Source: Gemmatimonadota bacterium
Lineage (GTDB): Bacteria; Gemmatimonadota; Gemmatimonadetes; Longimicrobiales; Gaopeijiaceae
Length of the DNA: 51,055 nucleotides
Direction of reading: 5' to 3'
Assembly: GCA_039589315.1 (NCBI GenBank)
Contig: JBDHHQ010000071.1
Span: forward strand, 1 to 51,055
Each line of letters starts with the position of its first letter. Positions within the stretch are counted from its first letter, which is position 1. A program made the translations under genes and the position numbers. A model generated the notes under the pieces. That model saw nothing but the letters and a program-made list of their open reading frames with translations. It was not told where the DNA came from and ran no database searches. Below, piece by piece: positions 1 through 7,895 of this stretch.

Positions 1-2148
1 GGGCTGAGTCCGCTGTTGTCCCGTGCTGGGGCGTTGGCCCTGACCGGTCCGGGGTTGCTGACGGGCCTGTGGCGTCTCCCGCGTTTGGGGCCGAGCGGTC
101 TGCCCTGCCCGGTCCGTCGGACGCGCACCCGCCTGGCCGGTGGACGGGCGTTGGCCCGTGGACGGTCCCTCCCAACCCCCGCTGCGGCGCTGTTCCCAAC
201 CCTCCCCGGTTCGGCGGTGGACATTGCCGCTCCTGTCGGCCGCTACGTTGTTGCGCCGATCGGATGGGCGTGCCGTGGGTCGGTCGGGGGACGTAGCCGG
301 CCGACCCCGGTTGATGGCGTCCCGTGATGCGACCCGCCCGGCGTTCCGCTGCGTCCGGTACAGGTTGTTCCGACGGCCGGCGGCGTATCCGGCCCGGAAG
401 CCGGCGTGGAAGCCGGCACGCCGTCCCGCATAGAAGCCCCGGTGGAAGCCCCTCGGCCCCCACCAGGAGGAGCAGCACCAGGGCCGCCAGACGGACCGTC
501 CGATGCCGAAGGTGAACCAACCGTTGGTCCAGGTGAAGCCCACGCCCCACCCGGTCCATGGGTTCCACCGCACGTGCCACCCCCACGCCGAGGTACGGGG
601 GATGTAGCGGGTGCTCCACCACGGGCCCCACCACCACCCCGTGTGATATACCACCGTGGTGTGGTGCACGATGGTATGGGTGTACCCGGGCGTGTACCCC
701 ACGTACACCACCTCGGGCGTCGAGTCGTAGACGTACACGTAGGTGACGTTGTGGACGGGGCTCGACGGCGGGATCTCGTAGATCTCCTCGGGCACGGCCG
801 TGGCCACGCGCCATACTCCGTGGGGCGAATCGGACGTGTACCACACGCCGTCCGAGACCGCGTAGTACCGCCGGTCCGCCTCGATGACCTGCACGTCGGT
901 GTTTACGGCCCAGGAAAGGTCCGTCTCCTCGATGGGCTCGAACACCGGATCGCCGTCGTACTCCACCTCGAGCGACGTGTCGTTGCGGTCGATGGCCGCA
1001 GTCTGGGGAATGTGGGCGTCCAGGACCGCCTCTTCCGCTTCCTCGGTGCCGGCTACGTGGATACGGATGGTCCCTATCTCCGAGTCAGCCGGGATGTCCT
1101 GGAAGGTCTCGGGAAGAGCGTCGGCTGCCACGTATTCCCACGGGCCCTCCAGGCTCTCGCTCCGGAACCAGCGCCCCGACAGCAGCACGTAGTACTGCTG
1201 CTCGGGCGTATGGAACAGGAGATCCGTCTCCGTGTTGCCCACGAACATGAGCTGGGTGCCCGGGATGGGCGTGAACTGGGCGTCCCCGAGGGTGGCGATC
1301 AGCTCGGACGGCACAGTGGCTACCACGATCTCGGGAGGCGGCCCCGGCTCCTCGGGCATGTCGGCTGCGGCCATCATCTCCCGCTCCTCCTCGTCGGGAG
1401 GCGGGATCAGGTCCGAGACGTGGCGGGGGACCGACTCGGTGAACTCCCAGGGGCCCGTGACGGCTGCGCTCTCGTACCAGAGGCCCTGACCCGCGTACAG
1501 GTAGTGGCGCCCCGAGCCCAGGTCCAACAGGATGGCAAAGGCCGAGTTCACCACCGCCATGAGCTCGGTCCCGTCGATGCGCTCGAGAATGGGGTCCCCG
1601 TCTATCATGACCAGCACTGCCGCCCGGTCCCGGTACAGCACCTCGGGTGGTTCGTTGTTGAGGCCCTCCATGGAGATGTCGGACCGCTCCGCCAGGGAGA
1701 TGCTGGTGAGCAGCTGATCCAGGGAGATCTCCATCCCCTGCCCCACGACGAAGTCCTCCAGGACCCGGGTGTACGTTCCGGCTTCAGCCGGTGGCGTGTC
1801 GGGAAAGTGGGTTCGGGCCACTTCGATGTTGCGAATGGTGGCCGTGCGCTCGGCGCGGTCGGTGTCCACCCGCGAGTCGAACCAGGCTGTGCCGAACTCG
1901 GCCTCCCCTCCCCCCTCTGGGAGGACCTCGATGGCCATCCTCGCCGTGAGCTCATTCCCCTCGAACGACTCGGGCTGCGGCTGATAGAGCACGAACGTGT
2001 AGCCCTGGTCCGTGAACTCCACCGGCCACGGGGTCTCGGCCGCGGCGTCGCCGGTGTCGAGATCCTGGGCGAAGCCGTGGTCGGGCGCGGTGAGCATCCA
2101 GGTCAGAAGAGACAGGACGACGAGGCAGGTGGACTTCAAAGCGCGCAT
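1..2148 (-). CDS. Large secreted conserved hypothetical protein (family often labelled 'carbohydrate-binding family V/XII'); 3' end runs off the window
   Basis: Hand translation from ATG 2148 (GAGGTG SD upstream): MRALKSTCLVVLSLLTWML (signal-like), then TPWPVEF..FVLYQPQPESF, LNNEPPEVLYRDRAAVLVMIDGDP, a W/G-rich tract (GWHVRWNPWTGWGVGF), NNVAADRSGNVHRR and a Q/R/P-rich tail. The frame is open to base 1. The + strand ORF 406..2493 is its antisense shadow. Confidence 0.85.
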   Translation of the reverse strand, partial: MRALKSTCLVVLSLLTWMLTAPDHGFAQDLDTGDAAAETPWPVEFTDQGYTFVLYQPQPESFEGNELTARMAIEVLPEGGGEAEFGTAWFDSRVDTDRAERTATIRNIEVARTHFPDTPPAEAGTYTRVLEDFVVGQGMEISLDQLLTSISLAERSDISMEGLNNEPPEVLYRDRAAVLVMIDGDPILERIDGTELMAVVNSAFAILLDLGSGRHYLYAGQGLWYESAAVTGPWEFTESVPRHVSDLIPPPDEEEREMMAAADMPEEPGPPPEIVVATVPSELIATLGDAQFTPIPGTQLMFVGNTETDLLFHTPEQQYYVLLSGRWFRSESLEGPWEYVAADALPETFQDIPADSEIGTIRIHVAGTEEAEEAVLDAHIPQTAAIDRNDTSLEVEYDGDPVFEPIEETDLSWAVNTDVQVIEADRRYYAVSDGVWYTSDSPHGVWRVATAVPEEIYEIPPSSPVHNVTYVYVYDSTPEVVYVGYTPGYTHTIVHHTTVVYHTGWWWGPWWSTRYIPRTSAWGWHVRWNPWTGWGVGFTWTNGWFTFGIGRSVWRPWCCSSWWGPRGFHRGFYAGRRAGFHAGFRAGYAAGRRNNLYRTQRNAGRVASRDAINRGRPATSPDRPTARPSDRRNNVAADRSGNVHRRTGEGWEQRRSGGWEGPSTGQRPSTGQAGARPTDRAGQTARPQTRETPQARQQPRTGQGQRPSTGQQRTQP

Positions 2149-2206
2149 GATCGGAGACACCTCAACCGCGAGAAAGGCATGTGTTCGACATTGCTGCCTA
2201 CACTGA

Positions 2207-2509
2207 GTGGCCTGGGATGTCCCGGAACCGTTCGCCGGCCCGTCCATCATCGCAGCGCTGGCCCTGAGCGCGCGGGACTCTGTGGCCCCGCGAGTGATGC
2301 TTGCCGTTCGCACCGAGGCGAACGCATCACCCTGACCATTCGCGAGGCCACAGCGGGACTCTCTGAGCTACGCATCAGAATGCAACTCCGAAGGTGGCCC
2401 CCCAGACCCACAAGCTTCCGGAAAGCCAGACGAGGTGCTGGTCGGGTCGACCCACAGCCTGGAGCTGCTCGAGGAGCTGTGCGAGGCCGCTGACGTTCCC
2501 ACGGACTGA
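2207..2509 (+). pseudogene. Short gene remnant interrupted by the MITE-like element
   Basis: Removing the element plus one repeat copy (81 bp) restores an open 73-residue frame VAWDVPEPFAGPSIIAALALSARDSLSY...KPDEVLVGSTHSLELLEELCEAADVPTD* with G/C-ending codons at both ends. The insertion adds an in-frame TGA. No family recognised. Confidence 0.4.
2281..2352. mobile_element. MITE-like non-autonomous element, 72 bp
   Basis: Left end TGTGGCCCCGCGAGTG versus reverse complement of right end TGTGGCCTCGCGAATG (14/16). Flanked by the exact direct repeat GCGGGACTC at 2272-2280 and 2353-2361. Internal hairpin GTGATG/CATCAC plus CGTTCGC/GCGAACG. Confidence 0.7.
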
Positions 2510-2705
2510 GATCTACGGCGAAGGGATTGAGCGTGTAGCTGGCCCGGGCATGACGATCGTATTGCCCCCCGAGTACGATGGACAGACTCGGCGCTACCGG
2601 ACCACGTGCCGACTTCGAAGCAGTCGCGCCCGCTGTGTTGTGAGGGCGATATCGACCACCTGCCCCACCGCGATTCAGGGATTCCCCTATAGCGCTCGGG
2701 GCTCC

Positions 2706-2733
2706 TCTAGCCATAATTTGGATTATGCGGCGG
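2706..2733. other. dif-like / tyrosine-recombinase binding site (11-6-11)
   Basis: Minus strand reads CCGCCGCATAA-TCCAAA-TTATGGCTAGA; E. coli dif is GGTGCGCATAA-TGTATA-TTATGTTAAAT. The CATAA-N6-TTATG core is exact; the outer arms diverge. Confidence 0.45.
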
Positions 2734-3150
2734 TGTGTCCAAGCGCCGTCGTGGGCACGTCGGGCTTCTGGTGATCCGCAGTGAGGCGCCCGTGGCCAAG
2801 CTCGAGCACCGCGCAAAAGTGCAATCTGTGCCAGTGGGCGCTGGCCCAGGGAGTCGGCGCACGGGCGTCAGGTCGGCCCCTGGGGGTTGCGGCGCAACGG
2901 CCAGACGACGCCGGATCCCTGTCGTACGGGTGGCGTCCCCTCATCGCTCTTCCATCTCCTACCGACATCCACTCGAGGGCCAAGCTGCCCGCGTCAGTCA
3001 TATCGCCAAGTATCGGACAACCGTCTTGAGAACTCGACGGCGGAGTGCTGGCTCCTCGATCCAGTTCGCGAGCACTGAAGGAACAGCCACCGGAGACTGG
3101 GCCGCCGCGGCGGAGTAGCGGCGTCACCACGGAGGTGGAGGGAGGCAGCG

Positions 3151-6100
3151 ATGCGACGCACGTGGGCGTTCGCCCTCGTCATCGGGTTCGGACTTCTACC
3201 TCGGTCGATGACCGGACAAGAGACCGGCACGATCACGGGCACCGTAACGTCCACCGGTGGCACGCCGCTCTCCTCCGCCCAGATCTACCTCCCCGGCTCG
3301 CCCATCGGCGGCCTCACCAACGAGGAGGGCCGCTTCTTGCTCCTCGACGTGCCGGCAGGTCTCGCCGTGGTCCGGGTCGAGCTCGTGGGCTACCGGACAG
3401 AAGAGCGCAACGTCTCGGTCGCCGCGGACGAATCAACGGTCGTGGACTTCCAGCTCACGTGGAGCGCCATCGCCCTGGACGAGATCGTGGTCACGGGCAC
3501 CGGGAAGGCGTTTCAGAGGAAGCAGCTGGGCAACACCATCGCAACGGTGGACGCCTCCGAGCTCGAGGACGCCCCCGTCTCCAACTTCTCGGAGCTGCTG
3601 CAGGCCCGGGAGCCGTCCGTCGTGGGGCTCACGTCCGACGGGGCGGCCGGCTCGGGCACGCGCATCCGGATTCGGGGCAGCAACAGCCTGTCGATGTCCA
3701 ACGAGCCGGTGGTCTATGTGGACGGCATCCGCGTGGACAACGCGGGTGACATGGAGAGCGATGGCCGCGGTGGAGAAGCCGGCTCGCGCCTGGACGACAT
3801 CAACTGGGAGTCGGTGGAGCGCGTCGAGCTCCTGAAGGGGGCGGCGGCCGCCACGCTCTACGGGAGCGAAGCCTCTTCTGGGGTCATCCAGATCTTCACC
3901 AAGACGGGACGCCCCGGCGACGCACGTTTCAACGTCCGGCTGGAAGCGGGCACGTCGACGTACCCCGACGTCATCACGCCCAACGCCGGCTTCGCGACGG
4001 ACGAAGACCACGCGGCCCACCTGAGCGAGATGTTCCGTGAGACCCTCGAGCCTTTCCAGGTCTTCGAGCGCGACTTCACAGGCGACATGCTGGAGCGGGG
4101 CAGCTCCCAGGCGATCTCGGCCGACGTGACCGGAGGCTCCGACCAGGTCCGGTACTTTCTTGCGGGGCGCTACTCCGCCGAAGACGGTCCCCTGGGCGCC
4201 CAGGAGCTGGGCGGGGCCAGGGACAAGGTGCGCCGCATCCACGCGAACACGTCGCTGACGTTCCTTCCCCGGGAGAGTCTCACGCTCCGGTTGACGGGCA
4301 GCTTCACCGACGCCGCCGTCGAGACGTTCAACCGGAACAACAATACCACAACGTCGCCGATCACGTTCACGATGGTGTCCAAGCCCGATCGCGCGCACTG
4401 CGCAGGCTCCAGCCTCGACACCACCCGCATGTTCGGCAGCTCGACGCCCGTATGTACCGGGCCGGGCAACCCGTGGGGGGCATGGGGGGGGGGAACGCCA
4501 CGGGAAGCGATGCAGTTCGAGTGGGTCGACCACTCGCGCCACCTCACGGGAACGGTTGGACTCACCTGGGCCGCGACGCCCGGGATCTCGGTGGACGCGC
4601 TCGTAGGCATGGACCAGGTGGACCACCGGAGCACCTGGCTGTGGCCGTTCGATTGGCGTGTGGACGGGATCGCCTGGGGCCCCCCGGACGAGGGATCCCG
4701 CTCCATCCTGAACCGCAGTCACCGCGAGCTTACCCTTGACACGAAGCTGGCGTGGAGCGCCCGCCCCGGCTCCGACTTCAGCTCCGACTTCGTCGCGGGG
4801 CTGCAGACGTTCACGTCCGACACGTGGTTCACGGGGCCAATCTGGGGTGGCGTGTTCCCTGGCCCGGGGATCGAAGTGATCCAGGCAGGTCAGTTCACGA
4901 GCGGCGCCGACGATTTCAGCTCCAAGGTGAGCCTGGGAACGTACCTGCAGGAGCAGGTCGGCTACCGGGACTGGATCTTCGCGACCCTGGGCGCTCGGTT
5001 CGACAAGACCAGCGCCTTCGGCAGCGAGGCCGGCAGCGCCTTCTACCCCAAGGCCAGCTTGTCCGCCATCGTGAGCGAGCTTCCCGCCTGGAGCGTGTCG
5101 TGGCTGCCCACTTTTCGGCTGCGGGCCGCCTACGGTCAGTCGGGCCTCCAGCCCGGCGCGTTCGACAAGCTCACGACGTACGCGCCGGTCCGGACCCCCG
5201 ACGGCGCGGGTGTCGACCCGGAGAACATCGGCAACGCCAACCTGAAGCCCGAACGGGCGACCGAGATCGAGCTGGGCGCAGAAGCCGAGACGCTGGGCGG
5301 GCGACTCGGGCTCGACGTGACCTACTGGGACCGGACGACCCTGGATGCCCTGGTCCTCCGGCCCTTCCCGGCCGCGGGCGGCTTTCTCAACAGTCAGCTC
5401 GACAACATCGGCCAGGTGGACGCCCACGGCTGGGAGCTTCAGCTGACGGTGCTGGCGGTGGACGTCTCCGACGCGACGCTGAGCCTGTTCGCGAACGGCG
5501 CCTACCTGTCGGAGGTCATCACCAGCATGGGCGGGGCGCCCCTCACGAGGATATCCGGCGGCTACCAACGGTATCGGAACGCCCTGGCCGAGGGGTACGC
5601 GCCGGGATCGCTGTTCGGCGCCCGTCTCCTACCCGTCTGCGGGCCCGGGATCGAGCGAGTCTGCTACACGCCGGGCACCTCCGTTCCCTACGACTCGAAC
5701 GGAGACGGCGTGCCGGATTCCGTCTCGGAGTTCCAGGCCTTCCTGACCTCCATGGACGGTGTCTCCCTGAGCCATCCGGGCATGGCGCCGCTCATGGACG
5801 ACGAGGACGGCGACGGAGACCCGCTGGACCACTACCTGGGCAAGACGACCCCCGACTGGCAGGGAAGCCTCGGCGGCACGCTGACGCTCTGGGGTCGCCT
5901 GACCATCAATACTCTGTTCGAGTATCGGGCCGGCAACTACGCGGTGAGCAACCTCACCGACGCGTTCCGGAACTCCATGTTCAGGAACACGCGGGCGTCC
6001 GCGGCCGTGGAGGCCACGCTTCTGGATCCGTCCACCCGAACGGACGCCGACGCGCGCCTGGACGCCGCCACGAGGTGGGCGACGGAGTACAGGTCCATTT

Positions 6101-6408
6101 CTCCCTACAGCGGCATGAACCTGGTGGAAGCGGGCGACTTCGTCCGGTGGCGTGAGCTGAGCGTCGCCTACCGGTTACCCGCGGCCTGGAGCCAGGCCAT
6201 CGGCCTCGACGACGTGACCCTTGGTGCGACGGGTCGGAACCTGGTCATCTGGACCGGCTACAGCGGCACGGATCCCGAGGTCAACGCCGTCAGCCGGTGC
6301 GGCGGGGGCGGCGAGGCAAACCTCTGGTGCAACTTCATCGACGCCGTGGACGCGTTCGGGCTGCCGCTCCAGCGCCGCTTCACCTTCAACGTTCGCTTCG
6401 GGTTCTGA
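3151..6408 (+). CDS. susC: SusC/RagA family TonB-dependent outer membrane receptor
   Basis: Signal peptide, N-terminal carboxypeptidase-regulatory-like domain, TonB box LDEIVVTG, plug motifs IRIRGSNSLS..PVVYVDG and VELLKGAAAATLYGSEASSGVIQIFTK, GNANLKPE, C-terminal Phe. GGAGG SD. Confidence 0.95.
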   Translation: MRRTWAFALVIGFGLLPRSMTGQETGTITGTVTSTGGTPLSSAQIYLPGSPIGGLTNEEGRFLLLDVPAGLAVVRVELVGYRTEERNVSVAADESTVVDFQLTWSAIALDEIVVTGTGKAFQRKQLGNTIATVDASELEDAPVSNFSELLQAREPSVVGLTSDGAAGSGTRIRIRGSNSLSMSNEPVVYVDGIRVDNAGDMESDGRGGEAGSRLDDINWESVERVELLKGAAAATLYGSEASSGVIQIFTKTGRPGDARFNVRLEAGTSTYPDVITPNAGFATDEDHAAHLSEMFRETLEPFQVFERDFTGDMLERGSSQAISADVTGGSDQVRYFLAGRYSAEDGPLGAQELGGARDKVRRIHANTSLTFLPRESLTLRLTGSFTDAAVETFNRNNNTTTSPITFTMVSKPDRAHCAGSSLDTTRMFGSSTPVCTGPGNPWGAWGGGTPREAMQFEWVDHSRHLTGTVGLTWAATPGISVDALVGMDQVDHRSTWLWPFDWRVDGIAWGPPDEGSRSILNRSHRELTLDTKLAWSARPGSDFSSDFVAGLQTFTSDTWFTGPIWGGVFPGPGIEVIQAGQFTSGADDFSSKVSLGTYLQEQVGYRDWIFATLGARFDKTSAFGSEAGSAFYPKASLSAIVSELPAWSVSWLPTFRLRAAYGQSGLQPGAFDKLTTYAPVRTPDGAGVDPENIGNANLKPERATEIELGAEAETLGGRLGLDVTYWDRTTLDALVLRPFPAAGGFLNSQLDNIGQVDAHGWELQLTVLAVDVSDATLSLFANGAYLSEVITSMGGAPLTRISGGYQRYRNALAEGYAPGSLFGARLLPVCGPGIERVCYTPGTSVPYDSNGDGVPDSVSEFQAFLTSMDGVSLSHPGMAPLMDDEDGDGDPLDHYLGKTTPDWQGSLGGTLTLWGRLTINTLFEYRAGNYAVSNLTDAFRNSMFRNTRASAAVEATLLDPSTRTDADARLDAATRWATEYRSISPYSGMNLVEAGDFVRWRELSVAYRLPAAWSQAIGLDDVTLGATGRNLVIWTGYSGTDPEVNAVSRCGGGGEANLWCNFIDAVDAFGLPLQRRFTFNVRFGF

Positions 6409-6432
6409 GGCGCGGGAAAGGAGATCGTCGCC

Positions 6433-7758
6433 ATGATCGCGACACGATCCGCGAAGAGCTTCCTCCTCGTGCTGATCGCCACGGCCGCGGCGCTGGGATG
6501 CGAAGGGCTGCTGGACGTGGAGAATCCGGGCAGCATCAATGACGAGGACATCCGGAACGCCGACGCCGCCGACCTCTGGGTCAACGGATCGCTCCGCAAG
6601 GTGCAACGGGGATGGGACAACATGCTCTCTCTCCTCTCCCCGACGTCGGACGAGCTCCGCTGGCGCGGCCGCTTCGCCTGGTGGGGCCAGCTCGACCGGG
6701 GTGATCTGGACGACCCCGGCAACTCCGCCCTCAATAGGTTCCGCGGGGCAGCAGCCGCCCAGTGGATGGCGGACGAAGCGATTCACGTGCTGGATAGCCT
6801 CGACGCGGCGAGCGGGCTGGGTGAGCAGCGTACCGGGCTGGCGCTCGCCTACCTGTATGGGGCCATCGCGTACGCCACCATTGCGGACGGCATGGAGGAC
6901 TACGCGCCGTCGGACCGGACGGAGCCCGGCCCGGCTCTCGGACCCGAGAACATGGGGTCCCTCTACGACAAGGCAGTCGAGCACGCGACCTCGGGGTTGG
7001 CCATTCAAACCGACGGCGAGCTCGGTCGCAACCTGTTCGCCGCCCGGGCCCGCGCTCGGCACGCGGCACAGGTTTGGCGTCGCATTCGGCCGGCGCCGGC
7101 GGACACATCCGGAGGGGGACTCATCGCGGACGGCGGACCCGCCGCCGCCGACGCGCTGGCCGCCCTGGCGATGGACGGAAGCGATTGGCGGTACCAGTTC
7201 CGTTTTGCCTTCGAGGTCATTGTCTCGCTCACGGCCCAGAGCTTCAACTGCCCCGCGGAGATGCGCATCGGCGAACGCTATGCGGTCCTGGACATGAACG
7301 GATTGGCTGAGGCCATCGTGCTGATGGATCCCATCGACGGCGTGCCCGACCCCTGGCTGGAACGTCTCCTCCTCGAAGAACTCCCGGCCGCCGTGCCATG
7401 CGACAGCCCCAACCTCACCGTCTTCAGCGCGCGGGAGATGCACCTGATCGTTGCCGAGCACGCGCTGGCCGAGGGCGACCTGGACACGTTCGCCGAGCAC
7501 GTGAACCTGGTGCGCTCGCTCGAGGGGCTGACGCCGTGGACTCCCGATTCGGGCGTCACCGCGAGACATCTGCTGATCTACGAGCGCCAGAGCCAGCTCT
7601 TCCTCATGGGTCGCCGGCTGGCCGACATGTACCGGTTCGGGATCCAGTCGGACACCTGGGATCCGGGCTCGGTGGCGGCTCAGCTGCCGGGAACGCTGTT
7701 CCCCATCCCCACCTCCGAGATCGACGCCAATTGCTACCTGAACGGGAGCTGCGGATGA
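6433..7758 (+). CDS. susD: SusD/RagB family nutrient-binding lipoprotein (compact form)
   Basis: Lipobox AALGC, LDVENPG, EMHLIVAEHAL, ERQSQLFLMGRRLADMYRF, FPIPTSEIDAN. Starts 24 bp after susC. Confidence 0.9.
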   Translation: MIATRSAKSFLLVLIATAAALGCEGLLDVENPGSINDEDIRNADAADLWVNGSLRKVQRGWDNMLSLLSPTSDELRWRGRFAWWGQLDRGDLDDPGNSALNRFRGAAAAQWMADEAIHVLDSLDAASGLGEQRTGLALAYLYGAIAYATIADGMEDYAPSDRTEPGPALGPENMGSLYDKAVEHATSGLAIQTDGELGRNLFAARARARHAAQVWRRIRPAPADTSGGGLIADGGPAAADALAALAMDGSDWRYQFRFAFEVIVSLTAQSFNCPAEMRIGERYAVLDMNGLAEAIVLMDPIDGVPDPWLERLLLEELPAAVPCDSPNLTVFSAREMHLIVAEHALAEGDLDTFAEHVNLVRSLEGLTPWTPDSGVTARHLLIYERQSQLFLMGRRLADMYRFGIQSDTWDPGSVAAQLPGTLFPIPTSEIDANCYLNGSCG

Positions 7759-7895
7759 GGGAGGCTGGAGGCGTCCGGGCGCGGCGCGGGCGCTCGGCGG
7801 TTCGTGGCGCTCCCCGGGAGTTCGATACCTCCCGTCACCCTGAGCGCCTACAGGCAGGACGCAACGCCACCGCACCCGCCGGGTAGCGCCATGCC

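Noticed and set aside
406..2493. 695-aa plus-strand ORF
   Set aside because: It is the in-register antisense shadow of the real minus-strand gene and has no recognisable motifs.
2505..2526. CTGAGA...GGCGAAGGGA, resembling pieces of a TPP riboswitch
   Set aside because: The central ACCTGAT core and the helices are absent, and it lies far from any start codon.
7815..7834. CGGGAG-TTCGATAC-CTCCCG, resembling a tRNA T-arm
   Set aside because: The loop is 8 nt and there is no acceptor, D or anticodon arm; it is a plain hairpin.
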